A DNA stretch of 61,850 nucleotides, the filler included, from Chiloscyllium plagiosum (Eukaryota), in NCBI RefSeq assembly GCF_004010195.1. It is 4 parts of one record of this genome, joined end to end, with 100 filler letters (N's around TTAATTAATTAA, not from the genome) between each part and the next. Parts side by side here need not be neighbours in the genome. Positions count along the whole stretch, not along the records: positions 11,206 to 28,201 come from NC_057712.1; 3 more parts are not named here. One strand, written 5' to 3'. The notes below the pieces were generated by a model. It was not told the origin of the DNA. It did not search any database and worked only from the letters and a program-made list of their open reading frames with translations. This document shows, piece after piece, positions 11,438 through 24,735 of this stretch. Position 1 is the stretch's first letter. Each line of letters starts with the position of its first letter. Both the position numbers and the translations under genes were made by a program.

Positions 11438-12110
11438 CCTCCTGCAGTTTCCTGCCCCATCCTATGCATCCTAAACAATGCCTAATCACATCATAATTGC
11501 CTTTCCCCAGCAATAGCTCTTGCCCTACATTATCCACCTATCCCTTTCCATTGCTGAATTAAACATAATCGCGTTGTGCTCACTACCACCAAAGCACTCA
11601 CCTACCTCCAAATCTAACACCTGGCCAGGTTCATTACCCAGTACCAAATCGAATGTGACCTCGTCCATTGTTGGCCTGTCTACATACTGTGTCAAGAAGC
11701 CCTCTGCACACATTGGACAAAAATTGACCCATCTAAATTACTCGAACTATCGTATTTCCAGTCAACATTTGGAAAGTTAAAGACCCCCATAACAACTACC
11801 CTGTTACTCTCACACCTATCCAGAATTATCTTTGCTTTTCTTTCCTCTACATCTCTGGAACTATTTGGAGTCCTTTAGAAAACTCCCAATAAGGTGACCT
11901 CTCCTTTCCTGTTTCTAACCTCAGCCTGTACTACCTCAGTGCACAAGTCCTCAAACGTCCTTTCTGCTACTGTAATATTGTCCTTGACTAACAATTCCAC
12001 ACCTCCCCCTCTTTTACCATCTTCTCTGTTTTTACTGAAGCATCTAAATCCTGGAACCTGCATCAACCATTCCTGTCCGTGCTCTATCCATGTCTCCAAA
12101 GTGGCCACAA
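11438..12110 (-). mobile_element. CR1 LINE ORF2 endonuclease fragment
   Basis: ETW..VPGFRCF.K.R..GKRGGGV.LLV; FLTQYVDRPT...DLVLGNEP; APE-domain motifs. Confidence 0.8.
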
Positions 12111-13425
12111 CAAGGAAATGAGGTATGGAATAAGACTGAAATGTGAAATATAAACAAAATTGCAGAGATATAATATAAATTTCTTAAACACCCTGTTCCA
12201 ATGTGTTATGGTTCCCAGAAACTGGAAATAACCTCACATTTAGATCTGATACTGGGAATTTGAGTGTATTTTTCTAGATCGCACCATTGAAATTCATAAG
12301 TACGTACAATGGCATTCTGGATACCGATGTACTGTATAGATCAGTGGTTTCCAACAGAGAAATTTTCAAGAAGTAGAGTCACATCCAAGCATTAAGACCG
12401 TGACTATTCTTCTGATATTCTCCAGAGCCTCAGTGTCTATTATTGAAGACAATATCTGCTGACATCCGGTGCCCCTATCAACTGTAAGCCACCAGAGCTA
12501 GGGATGTATAGACTTCTGGTATCGTGCACACCAGCAGGCCCAGGTTTCCACTAACCTGGTAAATTACAAATTGCTCCACTTTATGTTTTGCTCTATTGTT
12601 TATGAATAGTTAGACATTGTTGATGTGAGCAGAATTTGAAAATGTGTGTTGTGCTCGCAGTTGGAGATGGTGTATTTTTGCTCATCGATTTTATTCCTTT
12701 CTTAGTTTGCTATGTGCATTATAGTACAAGCAAGGTGGATAATGGGGATTCTGTCGTTGGAATGTATCTATACTTACAGAGGGCATTTGATCCTGGCAGA
12801 GGATTGGTTAATCAATAGCAAGCAGATATTCGAGATAAATGGATCTTTTTCTTGGTAGGAAAGATGTAAGTACGTAGTGGCAAATGTAGTGGGTTCAGTC
12901 TTTGGGGCTCCAACTACTTATAATCTGAATTCATGAATTAGGTGCAGGAATAGAAAGTACAATAGCCAAATTAGAAGATGACACTAAAATAAGTGAGAAA
13001 GCAAGTTGCAATGAAGAAATAAGAAATTTAAAATAGATATGAATGGAAAAAAATGACAGATGAAGTTTAAAGTGGAATGAGTGTGGGAGATTATCAATTT
13101 TGGTCAGAGGAACAGAAAGGCAACTTATTATCTAAATGGAGAGAAACTTCAGAATGCTTTGAAGCAAAGTGATCTGAGTGTCCTTGCAAGAATTGCAGAA
13201 AACTAATGTGCAAATACAGCGGGTAATAAGGAAGGCAGATGGAATTTTGGCATTCATTTCTTAGGGAATAAAAGTGTTGCTGCAACTGTATAAGACATTA
13301 ATGAGATTGCATCTGGAGTATTGTGTACAATTTTGGTGCCCTTACTTGAGGAGTGATATAGTTCCTTTGGAGGCACTTAAGAGGAAATTCATGAGATTGA
13401 TTCCACAGTTTATCTTATGGAAAGA

Positions 13426-15709
13426 TGATGTGGAGGAGCCGGTGTTGGACTGAGGTGGACAAAGTGAAAAGTCACACAACAACAGGTTTATTTGGAAGTG
13501 CTAGCTTTCGGCGTGCTGCTCCTTCATCAGGTGGTTGTGGAGCAGGACCATAAGACACAGAATTTATACCAAAAGATTGCAGTGTCATGCAATGACATGA
13601 TATTTTGAACAAACCTAGATTGTTGTTAAGTCTTTCATCTTTTAGAATGGGTTGCAGGTTTCAGTTCATTCATATGTAAATCCCAGAACTTCTTTCAAGT
13701 CATATTCCTTAAATAAGTTAAGATTTTTATAAAAAATGTGACAACTCAGACAATGCATTAAAGGTGCGAGGTTAGAGTCTGTCTGTATCCAATCTTGAGT
13801 CAAGCTGGTTCTATTTACAAAGTGGAATTTACAAACCATTACATGGATTGACTGCCTGCAGATTGAGCAAAACAGAATGTATCTGCAAATACAAATTTAC
13901 CCCATAGACTTGTATGTGTGCGCGTGTGCATGAGTGAGAGAGAGAGAGAGAGAGAGAGAGTGTGAATGTGTGCATGTGAGTTTGTGGGAGTGAGTGTGAG
14001 TGCATGTGAGAAAGTGTGTGTTTGCATGTGTGCAAGCTTGGTAAAGTGTGTGTGTGAGTGTGTGTGAGGGTGGTGTGTGTGTGTGTGTGTGAGGGTGGTG
14101 TGTGTGTGTGTGTGTGAGGGTGGTGTGTGTGTGTGTGTGTGNNNNNNNNNNNNNNNNNGGTCACCTGTAGTGTGACATGAACCCAAGATCCCGGTTGAGG
14201 CCATCCTCTTGGGTACTGAACGTGGCTAGCAGCCACTGCTCAGCCACTTTGTATTGTTGCCTATCCCAAAATCCGCCTTGGTTGATGGTCACCCAAAGAT
14301 CCTGACCACTGACGTATTCCCCAACTGGGAGGAACACCCCTGTCTAGTAATTGTGGTAGCTAGGGAGTCCATTCATCCATTTTCGTTGCAGCTGCATGGT
14401 CTCCCCAATGTACCATGCCTCACGCCATCCTTGCCTGGAGCGCACAAGATAGACAACGTTGCTCGAGTCACATGAATGCTTGCTGCATACATGTTGGGTG
14501 ATGTCCCCATGTGTAATTGTGGTATCAGTGTCGACACTCTGACACGTCTTGCCGTGGTTGCCATGACAGGGTTGTATGGTGTTGTGATCGATGTTGTCCT
14601 GAATACTGGGCAGTTTGCTACAAACAATGGTCCTTTTCAGGTTTGGCGGTTGTTTAAAGGCATCTTGCTAAGACCTTCTCTACTTTAAATAACCGCGAAC
14701 ACGAGGCATGGTACATCGGCAAGACCAATCAGACGCTACGACAATGGATGAATGGACACCGCGCAACAATCACCAGACAGAGGTGTTCCTTCCCAGTCGG
14801 GAAATACTTCAGCAGGCAGGGACATTTGGCCTCGGATCCTCAGGTGACCATCCTCCACGGTGGACTTTGGGAAAGGCAACAACGCAAAATCGCCGAGCAG
14901 TGACTGATAGCTGAGTTCAGAACCCATGAGGATAGCATCACCCGGGACCTTGGGTTCATGTCACACTACAGGTGACCCCACTGCACTATACACTCTCTCT
15001 CACACATACACACACACCCTGTCTCATACACACACTCCCTCTCATATCCACACACCTACAGCCCCCCACACGCACACCCATGCACACACCCTCCCACAGG
15101 CTTATATTTCAGCACACTCACACACACACTTTACTAAGCTTGCATACACGCAAACACATGCTCTATCACGTGCACGCATATTCACTTGCACACACATTCA
15201 CTTGCACACACTCACTCTCTCTCACTCATGCACAGGCAAACATAAGTCTATGGAGTGAATTTGTATTTGCAAAATTATATTTGCAGATACATTGTGCATT
15301 TTTGAGCAAAACAATCTGCAGGCAGTCAATCCATGTAATATTTTGTAAATTCCACTTTGGAAGTAGAGCCAGTCTGACTCAAGATTGGGATACAGGCAGA
15401 CTCTAACCTCATACCTTTAATGCATTGTCTGAGCTGAGATGTCAATTTATTTTATAAAACTAAGTTATCTTGAGAATGTGACTTAAAAGAAGTTCTGTGA
15501 TTTACATACGAATGAACCAAAACCCGCAACCTATTCTAAAAGATGAAAGACTTAACAACAATCTAGGTTTGTTCAAAATATAATTTCATTGCATGACACT
15601 GCAATCTTTTGCTATATATTTTGTGTCTTACGATCCTGCTGCACAATACCTGATGAAGGAGCAGCACTCCAAAAGCTAGCGCTTCCAATTAAACCTGTTG
15701 GACCATAAC
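13426..15709. mobile_element. PLE (second family) forming a ~2.3 kb fold-back, with internal CA-rich tracts
   Basis: About 13480-14450 (minus) mirrors about 14700-15709 (plus); GIY-YIG remnant near 14380-14480; hammerhead cores at ~13503-13530 (-) and ~15650-15678 (+); imperfect 12-bp TSD CTTATGGAAAGA / CTTATTGAGAGA. Confidence 0.8.
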
Positions 15710-15959
15710 CTTATTGAGAGAGTTTAAGCCCATACTCACTAGCATTTAGAAGAATGAGAGGAGATCTAATTGAAGTACAGAAGGTGCTAAAGGGGATTGA
15801 CAAAGAACACCTGCAGAGAACATTGGGCAATCTAGAGTGAGAGATCATAATTTTACAATAACATGTAACAGATTTAAGACAGAAATGAAGAGAAATTACT
15901 TCTCTCAAAGGATCATGTACCTGTGGAATTCATTACCCTAGAGTGTGGTGGATGCCAGA

Positions 15960-16275
15960 ACATAGAGTCATTGAATCATAGAATCCCTACAGTGTTAGCC
16001 CAACAAGTCCACACCAAACCACTAAACAGTCTCCCACCCAGAATCATACTTATGCTTACACTTCCCATGACTAATGCACCCAACCAACACATCCATGAAC
16101 ACTATGGGCAATTTAACATGGCCAATTCACCTAACCTTTGGACTGTGGGAGGAACTGGAACACCTGGAGGAAACCCACGCAGACACAGGGAGAATGTGCA
16201 ACCACCACACTTGAATAAATTTAGAAAGAAAGTACATGATTTTTATTTACACGGGGAAAATGTGCAAACTCCACA
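15960..16275 (-). mobile_element. V-SINE, 5'-truncated
   Basis: GGAGGAAACCCACGCAGACACAGGGAGAATGTGCAAAC (V-domain, reverse) and the same tail as 355-698. Confidence 0.75.
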
Positions 16276-16796
16276 CTTCAAGAAATTTGGAAAGCAAATA
16301 GACGATTTTTATTTAGTAATGAGTTGAAGGATTATGGAGTGTGAGCAGGAAAGTGGAGTTGAGGCTGAAATGAGATTGGTATTGATTTTATTAAATGGCA
16401 GAGCAGGTTCAAGGGGCTGAATTGCCTACTTCTGTTCCTAGTTATTATGCTGTCAGGTTGTAAACCTCTGTAGTCAGCCGTGATCATAGTAAACGCAAGT
16501 AAATGTGATGTTTTATTAGCAATCAATTCAGCTAAAAGGGGTGGCTGTGCTGTGGATTCATTTGTCTCATTGAAGTGTGCCTTGATACTGAAAAGGTTGG
16601 GAACCACTGGTATAGCTACAAGCGGGAATATGTTTCCTAATTATTTTGAATAATATAACAAAATAATGTAATTCTTAATTTAAAAGGTATAATGCATTAT
16701 TATATCAATATTCCAATCATTTACTTTTTCATGTTGTGTTGCAACTAAAGAAATTAATAATCAACTTGTAACTAAACAGAACTCCTCATGAGTCTT

Positions 16797-18091
16797 CATT
16801 TCGGGTCCAGAGATCCTTCTTCAGAACTGACTGTAGCTAGGAAAGGTTAGTACATTTGCTGAAGATGAGGTGGGGGCGGGCGTAAGGACTAAACAATAGG
16901 TGGAGATGGAGCCCATAGAGAGAGAACAGCAATTGGCCAGACAAAGAAATGTACAATGGTCAACCTGGGAGACCATTAGCAGCTGCCAATGGTTTTTCTT
17001 TAGCGACAGTCCATGTGATGTCAAGATCTGACATGTAATGGTCGAGGTAAGCTCATGAGAAAAGGTGCCCAGTCCTTAAAATTATGGAATTTGATATTGA
17101 GTTCTGGAGGTTGCAGAGTTCCCAAGCAGAAAATGAGATGGTGCTCTTTCAGCTTGGGCTGAGTTTCACTGGAGCAATGCAGCAAGCCCAAGACTGAGAT
17201 GTTGGCCAGGGAACACGGTGATGTGCTGAAGTGACAGCCAACAGGAACCTCAGGCTCGTATAATCTCCCAGTGTAGAGATCTGTACTACACTGGGGAGAC
17301 AAAATGCAGACTGGGCGACTGCTTTGCGGAACACCTACATTCGATATGCAAAAATGACCCTGACCTTCCTGTTGTCTGCTACTGCCATACACCACTGTGT
17401 TCCCTGGCCAACATCCTTGGTGTCGGGCTTGCTGCATTGCTACAGTAAAGCTCAGTACAAGCTGGAAGAACACCATTTCATTTTCAGCTTGGAGACTCTG
17501 CAGCCTTCAGGACTCAATATAGAGTTGAAAAAGTTTAAGACCTGGGCACTTTTTCCCCATCAAGGAGTCCCATTTAATTATAAGTTGATTGTTAATTTCT
17601 CAGTCTCAGGCTTGTTGCAGTGCTCCAGCAAAGCTCAGTGCATGCTGGAAGAACATCATATTTTTGCTTAGGGATCCTGCAGCCTTCAGGACTCAATATT
17701 GAGTTCAATAATTATAAGGCTTAAGGACTTTCTCCCACTTCCTTATCTCAACCCAACACAACAGGCCTTGTCAACCCATGGGCTGCCACCACAATCAACC
17801 TGTTGATTCTCCCAGACTGATTTTTACCCATTCCTTTGTCTGCCCAATTGATGTTCTTTCTCTCTGGGCTCCAACTCCACCTATCATTTACTCCTCCCCC
17901 CTTCCCTCACCACATCTTCAGCATGCAATCCAACTTTTCCCTAGCTACAGTCAAATCTGAAGAAGAGTCACTGGACCCAAAACATTAACTCTGCTTTCTG
18001 TGTACAGAGATACCAGACCTGCTGAGATTTTCTTGCAATTTCTGTTTTTGTTTCTGATTTCCAGCATCTACAATTCTTTGATTTTTGTCTA
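16797..18091. mobile_element. PLE (third family), fold-back
   Basis: GIY-YIG C-terminal remnants (LEEHHLIF.LGTLQP.GLNI) on both strands; hammerhead-like cores at ~16799-16824 (-) and ~17957-17985 (+); 14-bp TSD TCCT(C/T)ATGAGTCTT at 16783-16796 and 18092-18105. Confidence 0.75.
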
Positions 18092-18743
18092 TCCTTATGA
18101 GTCTTTTCATGGTTACTTCCTTTTTCCAAAATCTATTTGCGGTAAAAACAAAAAGGTAAAGCAGCCATGGTTGTTATGAACCATAAGGCTGCTCTCTCAT
18201 TAGAGAAAGAAAACTAGTGGTGGTTTAATCTGAGGGTAACATTAACTCAGGCAAGGGAGAGGTTGGGAAGGAAAGTTCTTCATAGGAACGTCAGCCAGTA
18301 CAGGGTTTGAACCAACATTGTTGGTGTTATTCTGTTGAAAGCCAGCCATTCAACCAAGTGATCTAACCAACCAACTCCCAAAACAGGGTATTCATGGTAT
18401 TGCCTCGGTGATAGGTGTGTCTCCATCTCATAAATTTGTTATTCTTTGTCATCAACAGTTAGTGGATTGCGGCAGAAATGTTGTGCATGTTACTTGTGAA
18501 TGATGTTCATGTTACATCATTTGTTGGTGATGTTGTTGGACCTGTCTTGCTTGTTAGTAATGTTATTAATGGAGATCCAAGATGGCGGCGACTCAGCAAG
18601 TCTGAGTCTACAGTGCTCCTCCCAAGACTTGAGCAAAGTGGGCCACCCGCCTCCACCACACTCACCAAATCATTTAAAATAGTTTTTACTTTATGTAATT
18701 AGTTGCTTAGTACTAAATTTAAACAGTCTAGTCTCCTGTAAAA

Positions 18744-19579
18744 ATGACTAGGGGGAAAGGAGCCCGCAGTTCTCAGCAGGCAGGAGCCCCTGCCCCACCC
18801 TCCCCAGCTGCAGCAGAGGCGTCTGCAGCCACCCCAGGGGACTTACCTACAGTGGCGAGCCTCGCGGAAATAATCTCTAAACTCGATGTGAAGATCGACG
18901 CCTTCATTGAAGAGTCCCGAAGCCGATGGAATTCACTGTCTGCCGAGACATCGAGGAAATCGAGCGCTGAGTCGGAGGGGCGGAGCTAAAGGCCGCGACC
19001 TCCGAGACCATAGCAGAATCGGCCATGGATCGGGTCCGGACTCTCGAACAGCATGTCCGGACCTTAGAGAATCACATTGACGACCTCGAGAATCAAGGTC
19101 ATCGAAAAAATATTCGTTTGCTGGGCCTTCCCGAACGGGAAGAGGAAGGCCAGCTTACAGCATTCCTCGAGCAGTGGCTGCCACAGCTTTTAAATCTGGA
19201 GGCTCGATCAGGCCAGGTAAGGGTGGAATGGGCCTACCAGGTTGCGGTGCACGGGCCCAGCTCGAAACAGCGCCCCCGCTCGGTCCTGTTCCGGTTGCAG
19301 AGCTACGAGAGGCAGATGCTCTTGGAAGCTTCCAGAAATCTTGGGAATGATCCCCAAGCCATGATTTATAAAGGATCCAAGATTATGTTATTTCAGGACT
19401 TTTCCCCAGCTTTGGTCCGAAAGTGGAAGCCGTTTCACAAAGTGAAGAAGCGTTTAAGGGACTTAAACATTCATTACTCCATGTGCTACTCAGCTACGCT
19501 ACGCTTCAACCATGAAGGGTCCGTGTATAACTTCGGATCACCGGAGAAGGCCAAGGAACTTTTGGACTCTCTTAGATAA
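18744..19579 (+). pseudogene. L1 ORF1p (coiled coil-RRM-CTD), frameshifted near 18950-18990
   Basis: DDLENQGHRKNIRLLGLPE, RPRSVLFRL, IMLFQDFS motifs typical of L1 ORF1p. Confidence 0.85.
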
Positions 19580-20339
19580 ATTATAAGAGTTAATTGATGT
19601 TGTTTTGCCCACCCCCCACCCCCCACCCCGGTTTACCCCTTTTTTTTCCTTTCATTACCTTACTGTTTAATATTATCTCTGGGGGGTGGGAAGAGGGGTT
19701 TATTTATTTATTCTTTACTTAGCGATTTTCTTACCCCTTTTGTTTTATATATATATATAGGCCAGGGGGTCTAGTTAATGTAGATGGGGGGAAAGTGGTT
19801 ACCTTATCCTATTTTATCTCTGTCCTTAGGAGCGGGGTTGTTTTCCCCCGTTATTCTGTATTACTATATTTAATTATTATTTGCTGAGACTGTAATTTTA
19901 TAGTCATATATGGTATTAATATTACCAAATATATCCAGGTGTTGGTGTGGGTGGGGGGTTTGGAGGGGTAGGGTACTCATTGTTAATTCAAATATTTGAA
20001 TTTTCTTTATCCTATCGTGGGGTGCCGGAGTCAAGGGTGAGGCACTGGTTGGGAGAGGTTATAATGGGTTTTTGGAAAGGAAGTGATGCCCCCTGGGAAT
20101 AGGGGGAAGATCTAAGTTTAAATAAGTTTTATATTTTTTTTAATTCAGAAATAGTTTTTTATTATATTGATCTGAGTGTATTAAAGAGTCTTTATTTTTG
20201 TGAATTTTATATGCTGTATGCTCGGGATGTTTTGGATAGGGTTTCTTCTCCCGGAGGGTCTTGGAATTGCCCAGTGATTATCTCCGGGGAGTGGGAAGAG
20301 GGGTTTATTTATTTATTCTTTACTTAGCAATTACCATCA

Positions 20340-20745
20340 GTAATCGGTCGATTAAATGGTGCACCTGGAATGTCACGGGGAGTAATTCACCAATCAAAAG
20401 TAAAAACATATTATCAAACCTCAAGAAAGAAAGGATCGATATAGCTCTCCTATAGGAGACACATTTATTGGTTAAAGAACACCTGAAATTACGATAGGGA
20501 AGAGATTATTTTCCATTCTCTCTTTCTGTGCAGGGAAAAACATTTTGGTAAACTGGGTGGCTGAGGGCCCTCATGGATTTTCGAGTTGGCACAGAATAAT
20601 TATAGAATTTTCTCCCCCTGACTTCCTTACAAATATGGTGCACCAGGGAAAAAAACGAATTACTCCATAAAATATGGCAGTCCTTCTTGAATTACACAAA
20701 TATAGATATCTCAGTCATCCTACAAGGGCCTTTATTTAAGTGAGA
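20340..20745 (+). pseudogene. L1 ORF2 remnant: APE N-terminus fused to extreme C-terminus
   Basis: WCTWNVTG.NSPIK..IDIALL*ETHL, then at ~20500 a jump to C-terminal-like K..IL..W...W sequence. Confidence 0.7.
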
Positions 20746-21149
20746 GGGTGAACCTGGCTGGTCCGGGGCCCCTTGGAAGAGGAATCCCGCACGAATACGG
20801 GTTTTGTTGTGATCTGATGTTAACACATTCTGAGCATGTATATCACTACTCAATTTCTGTGTTATCCGATTTTTTTTTCTCTTGAATAATGTAAGAGTTT
20901 TAATCATACACTCTGGTTAGTTGTACGTTAGATGAGTAGTTAATTAAGTTTTTTTTCTCTTGGTATTTGTTTTTTCTGTTTGATAGATTTTGGTTATTTT
21001 TTTAAGATTTAATTGTATATCAATGTTTATACTTGGTTTTTTTTTAGTTTTCTTTTGTAAACGTGTAAAAACATGTTAAATTTTCAATAAAAATATCTAT
21101 TTAAAAAAAAGTAATGTTATTAGTATTTCTGATTAGTTTTTTTTGCTTT

Positions 21150-21290
21150 AATATTTTTGGTGTAGATCAAATATGGAACTTTGTTTCTGCTTGCCTTTGA
21201 GAATTTCAATGATGTAAGACTTTGGACTTCCTACTTCACTAACAAACTTTTGATGGGTTCCAGGTTTTTTTTTGGATGAGATCCTGTGTA
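21150..21290 (-). mobile_element. Possible ancient Gypsy integrase C-terminal remnant
   Basis: Minus strand TWNPSKV/SEVGSPKSYIIE resembles the W.P..V....PRSY.V motif; frameshifted. Confidence 0.35.
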
Positions 21291-21489
21291 AAGGAAGGAT
21301 GGGAGAGAGGAGCCTGTGATTGAAGAAGTATGAAAGAGACAGATTCTGTGATTGGAGACGCATCTCTTCACAGATTTTGTCACTTCCACCTTCAGGAATA
21401 ACCTTCCTTGATTGATCACCCCTGTAGTTGATTTTCCCAGGTATTTGGAGGGTGAGGTCACCTATTGCACCTGTGCATTTTCACCACTG

Positions 21490-22500
21490 CTTAATTGAGT
21501 AGGCAAAATTTTGCCAGGTGGAGTATAATGTTGGAAAACATGAACTTGTCTGCTTTGACAGCAAGAATGAAAAAGCAGGACATTGTTTGAATGGAGAGAA
21601 GTGGCAGAACCCTACAATTTAGAGGGTTCTGGGCCCTCTGGTTACTCATAACCCTTGACTTCAATGAAAAATCAATTCAAAAATCAAAAATCCATTTAAT
21701 TCATCTTAAATATATCCAATGACTCAGCTTTCATTACCCTCTAGAGAAGAGAAAAATATTCTCCTCCTCTCAGTTTAAAATAAGCAATTCCTGATTTTTT
21801 TTAGATTGTGTCTCCTAGGCTCACCCGCAGAGGGAAAAATTCTCTCATATTATCCTGAAAGGTTTCACTGGGTAGATTTTATGTTTCAATAAGGTCACCT
21901 CCCTTTCTTCTAAATTCTAAAGAGTGTCGGTTGAACCTGCTTAAATTTTCCACATAAGATAATCTCATTATCCAAGAGATCAGTCAATTGAGTCTTCTCT
22001 GAACCGCTTCCAATGCATTTACATCCTTTCTTAAGTAATAAAACCAGAACTATAGACACTCTGCCAGTTGTGTTCTCACTAAGACCCTGTACTGCCACAG
22101 TAACCTTTCCTGCTTGTATGCTTGATTTCCCCTTGCAATAAACGCCAACATTCCATTTGTCTTTTGAACATTTACGGTACCTGAATACAGTACTTTTTGT
22201 GATTTGTCTTCCAGAACACCCAGATCCCTTTGTACTTCATAGATGTATAGCCACTCTCCATTAAATAATATAACTTGATTTATTTATCCTGTGAGAGTAG
22301 TCAACTTCACACTTTCGCACATTGTGCTCCATCTGTCTCATTTTTGCGTCTCACTTAAATTACAAAAAATTGTAAACAGTTTACTTTCCTATCTTCTGTT
22401 GCCTAGAGGCTCGTTTACTGAAGTCATTAATTAATCCGGTCTTGAAACATATTACAAATTCTAAAATAATCTGTTCCCGAATGGCAGTAGAACATACTGC
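21490..22500. mobile_element. Decayed CR1-like fragments (both orientations)
   Basis: WQVEYNVGK-like at ~21515 (+); ORF 21910-22098 region resembles the CR1 C-terminus (-). Confidence 0.5.
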
Positions 22501-22889
22501 CCTACAAAGTTGTCTGAAATACACTTTATGAACTCATCTTGCAAGCTATCTTTACTAATCTAATTCATTCAGTTTGTATGAGAATTGAAATCACTTATAA
22601 TTATTGCAGTACTTTTCTTGTAAACCCAGATTATTTCTTCCTGTATACTATCCCACAATGTACTACTGTACAGGGGACTATAAAGTGTTCCAACAAGTGG
22701 CTTTGTATCTTTACTGTTTCTTATCTCCACCAATCATATTCTACATCTTGATCTTCTGAACTAAAGTTATCTCTCAATACGGTTTCAATGACTTCCTTAG
22801 TGGTGAGCAACATCACCATCTTTTCCTAACTTCCTGTCCTTCCAAAATATGAAGTATCCTTGAATATTTCAATCCCAGCCTTGTTCGCT

Positions 22890-23212
22890 GACAATTACCT
22901 GTTCAGTGACGCCCAATTTGGTTTCCACCAAGACCACTCAGCACCTGACCTCATTACAGCCTCGGTTCAAACATAGATAAAAGAGCTGAATTCCAGAGGT
23001 GAGAGTGAGGTGAGAGTGACAGCCCTTGACGTCAAGGCCACATTTGAGTGAATGTGGCATCAAGGAGTCCTAGCAAAATTGGAATCAATAGGTATCGGGA
23101 CAAACCCTCCACTGATTGGAGTCATACCTGATACACAGGAAGACGGTTGTGGTTGTTGGAGGTTAGTCATCTCCGCCCCAGGACATCTCTGCAGGAGTTC
23201 CTCAGGATGCAG
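22890..23212 (+). mobile_element. CR1/L2-group LINE RT fragment
   Basis: QFGFHQDHSAPDLITA..VTALDVKA.F..WHQG..AGVPQ; same family as 59860-61630. Confidence 0.75.
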
Positions 23213-24641
23213 TGTTGTGGGTATGTTCGCAGAGCTGGGAAGTTGATTTGAAGACATTTCATCCCCTTTCCTCTGCAATGCTGAGGAGCGTCCTGTGAAG
23301 CGCTAATGAACTGTGTCGGTTGAAATTTATTTGATTTTATTCCTGCTGCTTCCGGTTGCTGGTTCTGGTTGATCGTTGCAGTGGTTAGTGTATTCGGTCC
23401 AGGTCAATGTGTTTATTGATGGAGTCTGTGGATGAGTTCGAAATGTTAAGACATGACTCTCAATAGGGAATGGTGATGCCCCTATTACTGGGGAGCATTG
23501 CTCATTATCATCCTCATTAATACCGAGATTCCAATCATACCACAGAATAGATATAAACTTATTGCCGAAAATTCCCAGTATAAAAGTCCAAGGGGTTACC
23601 TGGTAACTCTAGATTGCTGCTAGCTGTTCCAGACCACCATCTTGGATAACTGCCACCAAGGTTTCAGGGCTGCTTCAGGACAGCAGCCACACACACCCTA
23701 CATTCACGGACATTGGCATCTGACACATCATGACACGTCAGAGATCCACTTACAGTGCATTTGTGGACTGTAATGCTGCCTCAAACTTGGGGAGACTTCA
23801 CCAGTTGTCCGTGCAGTACAAATGCAAAGGGGTACTTGAATGCAAGAACAGTTCACAGACTGGATCAGGCTGCATCTAAGGGCTGTTTACTTAGCCTTTT
23901 AAAACATGCATGCCCACAGTAACCTGCCTTGTCCTGACTTACCTGACCTCATCTTACCTTGCTTCGTCTTGAATTGCCTTACCTTGCTGTGCGCGATGCC
24001 ATGTCTTTTAGAGCAGAAGCACCTCGAACAGAGCTTAAAAGCTTGTGTTTTTTCTGTCTTGACATGCTGTTTAGTATGTACACGGAGCCAGGCAACAAGT
24101 CATGTTTGATAGTAGTAATCGGTGCAGAGGCTGGTCATCTTGTTTTATGGTACAGTGCTGCATCAATGGCACATTTACATGTGCCAGCTTCCAAGGCAGC
24201 AAACACTCTGCATGTGCTTCAAACTAATGGCCATTACTGGAAGTTCATGGGGAGTATTTCACAGTCGAGTCAAGGTGTGCTGCTCTCAGTCAGGACGTCC
24301 CAGTGCAGTCAGTCCAGAGGATAGGGAGTGGTCAGTTGACAACTTGGAGTGACCACAATTCAATTCCTTCTCACTACAGTGGGCCACAGTCAGTCAATAG
24401 ATCCAGTACAAGCAGGCAGGGGATTTATGGATTGCCAATTGGTGACCAGGAAGCAGAACGGTGGTGGGTTTAGTCAGTCATGCACTAGGACTGTCCATCA
24501 AAGTCTGTCAAGGGAGTAGGGAACAGTCATTCCTCGGGTCCCTTAATTGTGTGTTGCAGTGGAGGGACATGGACATTGTATTGATAGTGAATCCGAAAGG
24601 TTCAGAGCTGGGGAGAAGAGCCAGAAACTTGGTATAGTGAT

Positions 24642-24735
24642 TGTAAAGAGGTCAGCCAGGTGGACCTCATAGAATATGAATTCCCTAATTGGGACAGTTC
24701 ATCTGGACCAATCGGGGAATCCTGGCAGCCAGAGA
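24642..24735 (+). mobile_element. Putative 5' (U3) half of the Gypsy LTR split by the Tx1 array
   Basis: Starts TGTAA; CCAAT box at ~24708; abuts the Tx1 array; its likely other half (37456-37594) ends TTTCA plus a PBS. Confidence 0.55.

Larger units (their letters stand above)
12725..16445 (+). mobile_element. Decayed CR1 LINE, split by a PLE (13426-15709) and a SINE
   Basis: RT and C-terminal motifs (HLEYCVQFW at ~13310, RRMRGDLIE at ~15750) continue across the insertion. Confidence 0.7.
12342..16609. mobile_element. hAT (Charlie-like) non-autonomous DNA transposon containing nested CR1, PLE and SINE
   Basis: TIRs CAGTGGTTTCCAAC (12342) and GTTGGGAACCACTG (ends 16609); 8-bp TSD GTATAGAT / GTATAGCT. 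Confidence 0.7.
18571..21109 (+). mobile_element. L1-clade element with intact ends, ORF1 and internally deleted ORF2
   Basis: 5' GGAGATCCAAGATGGCGG; L1 ORF1; AATAAA 21086-21091 plus poly(A); 13-bp TSD AGTAATGTTATTA at 18556-18568 and 21110-21122. Confidence 0.88.

Noticed and set aside
23440..24640. Unassigned 1.2-kb segment, possibly an old DNA-transposon remnant
   Set aside because: No TIR, TSD or convincing protein motif could be identified by eye.
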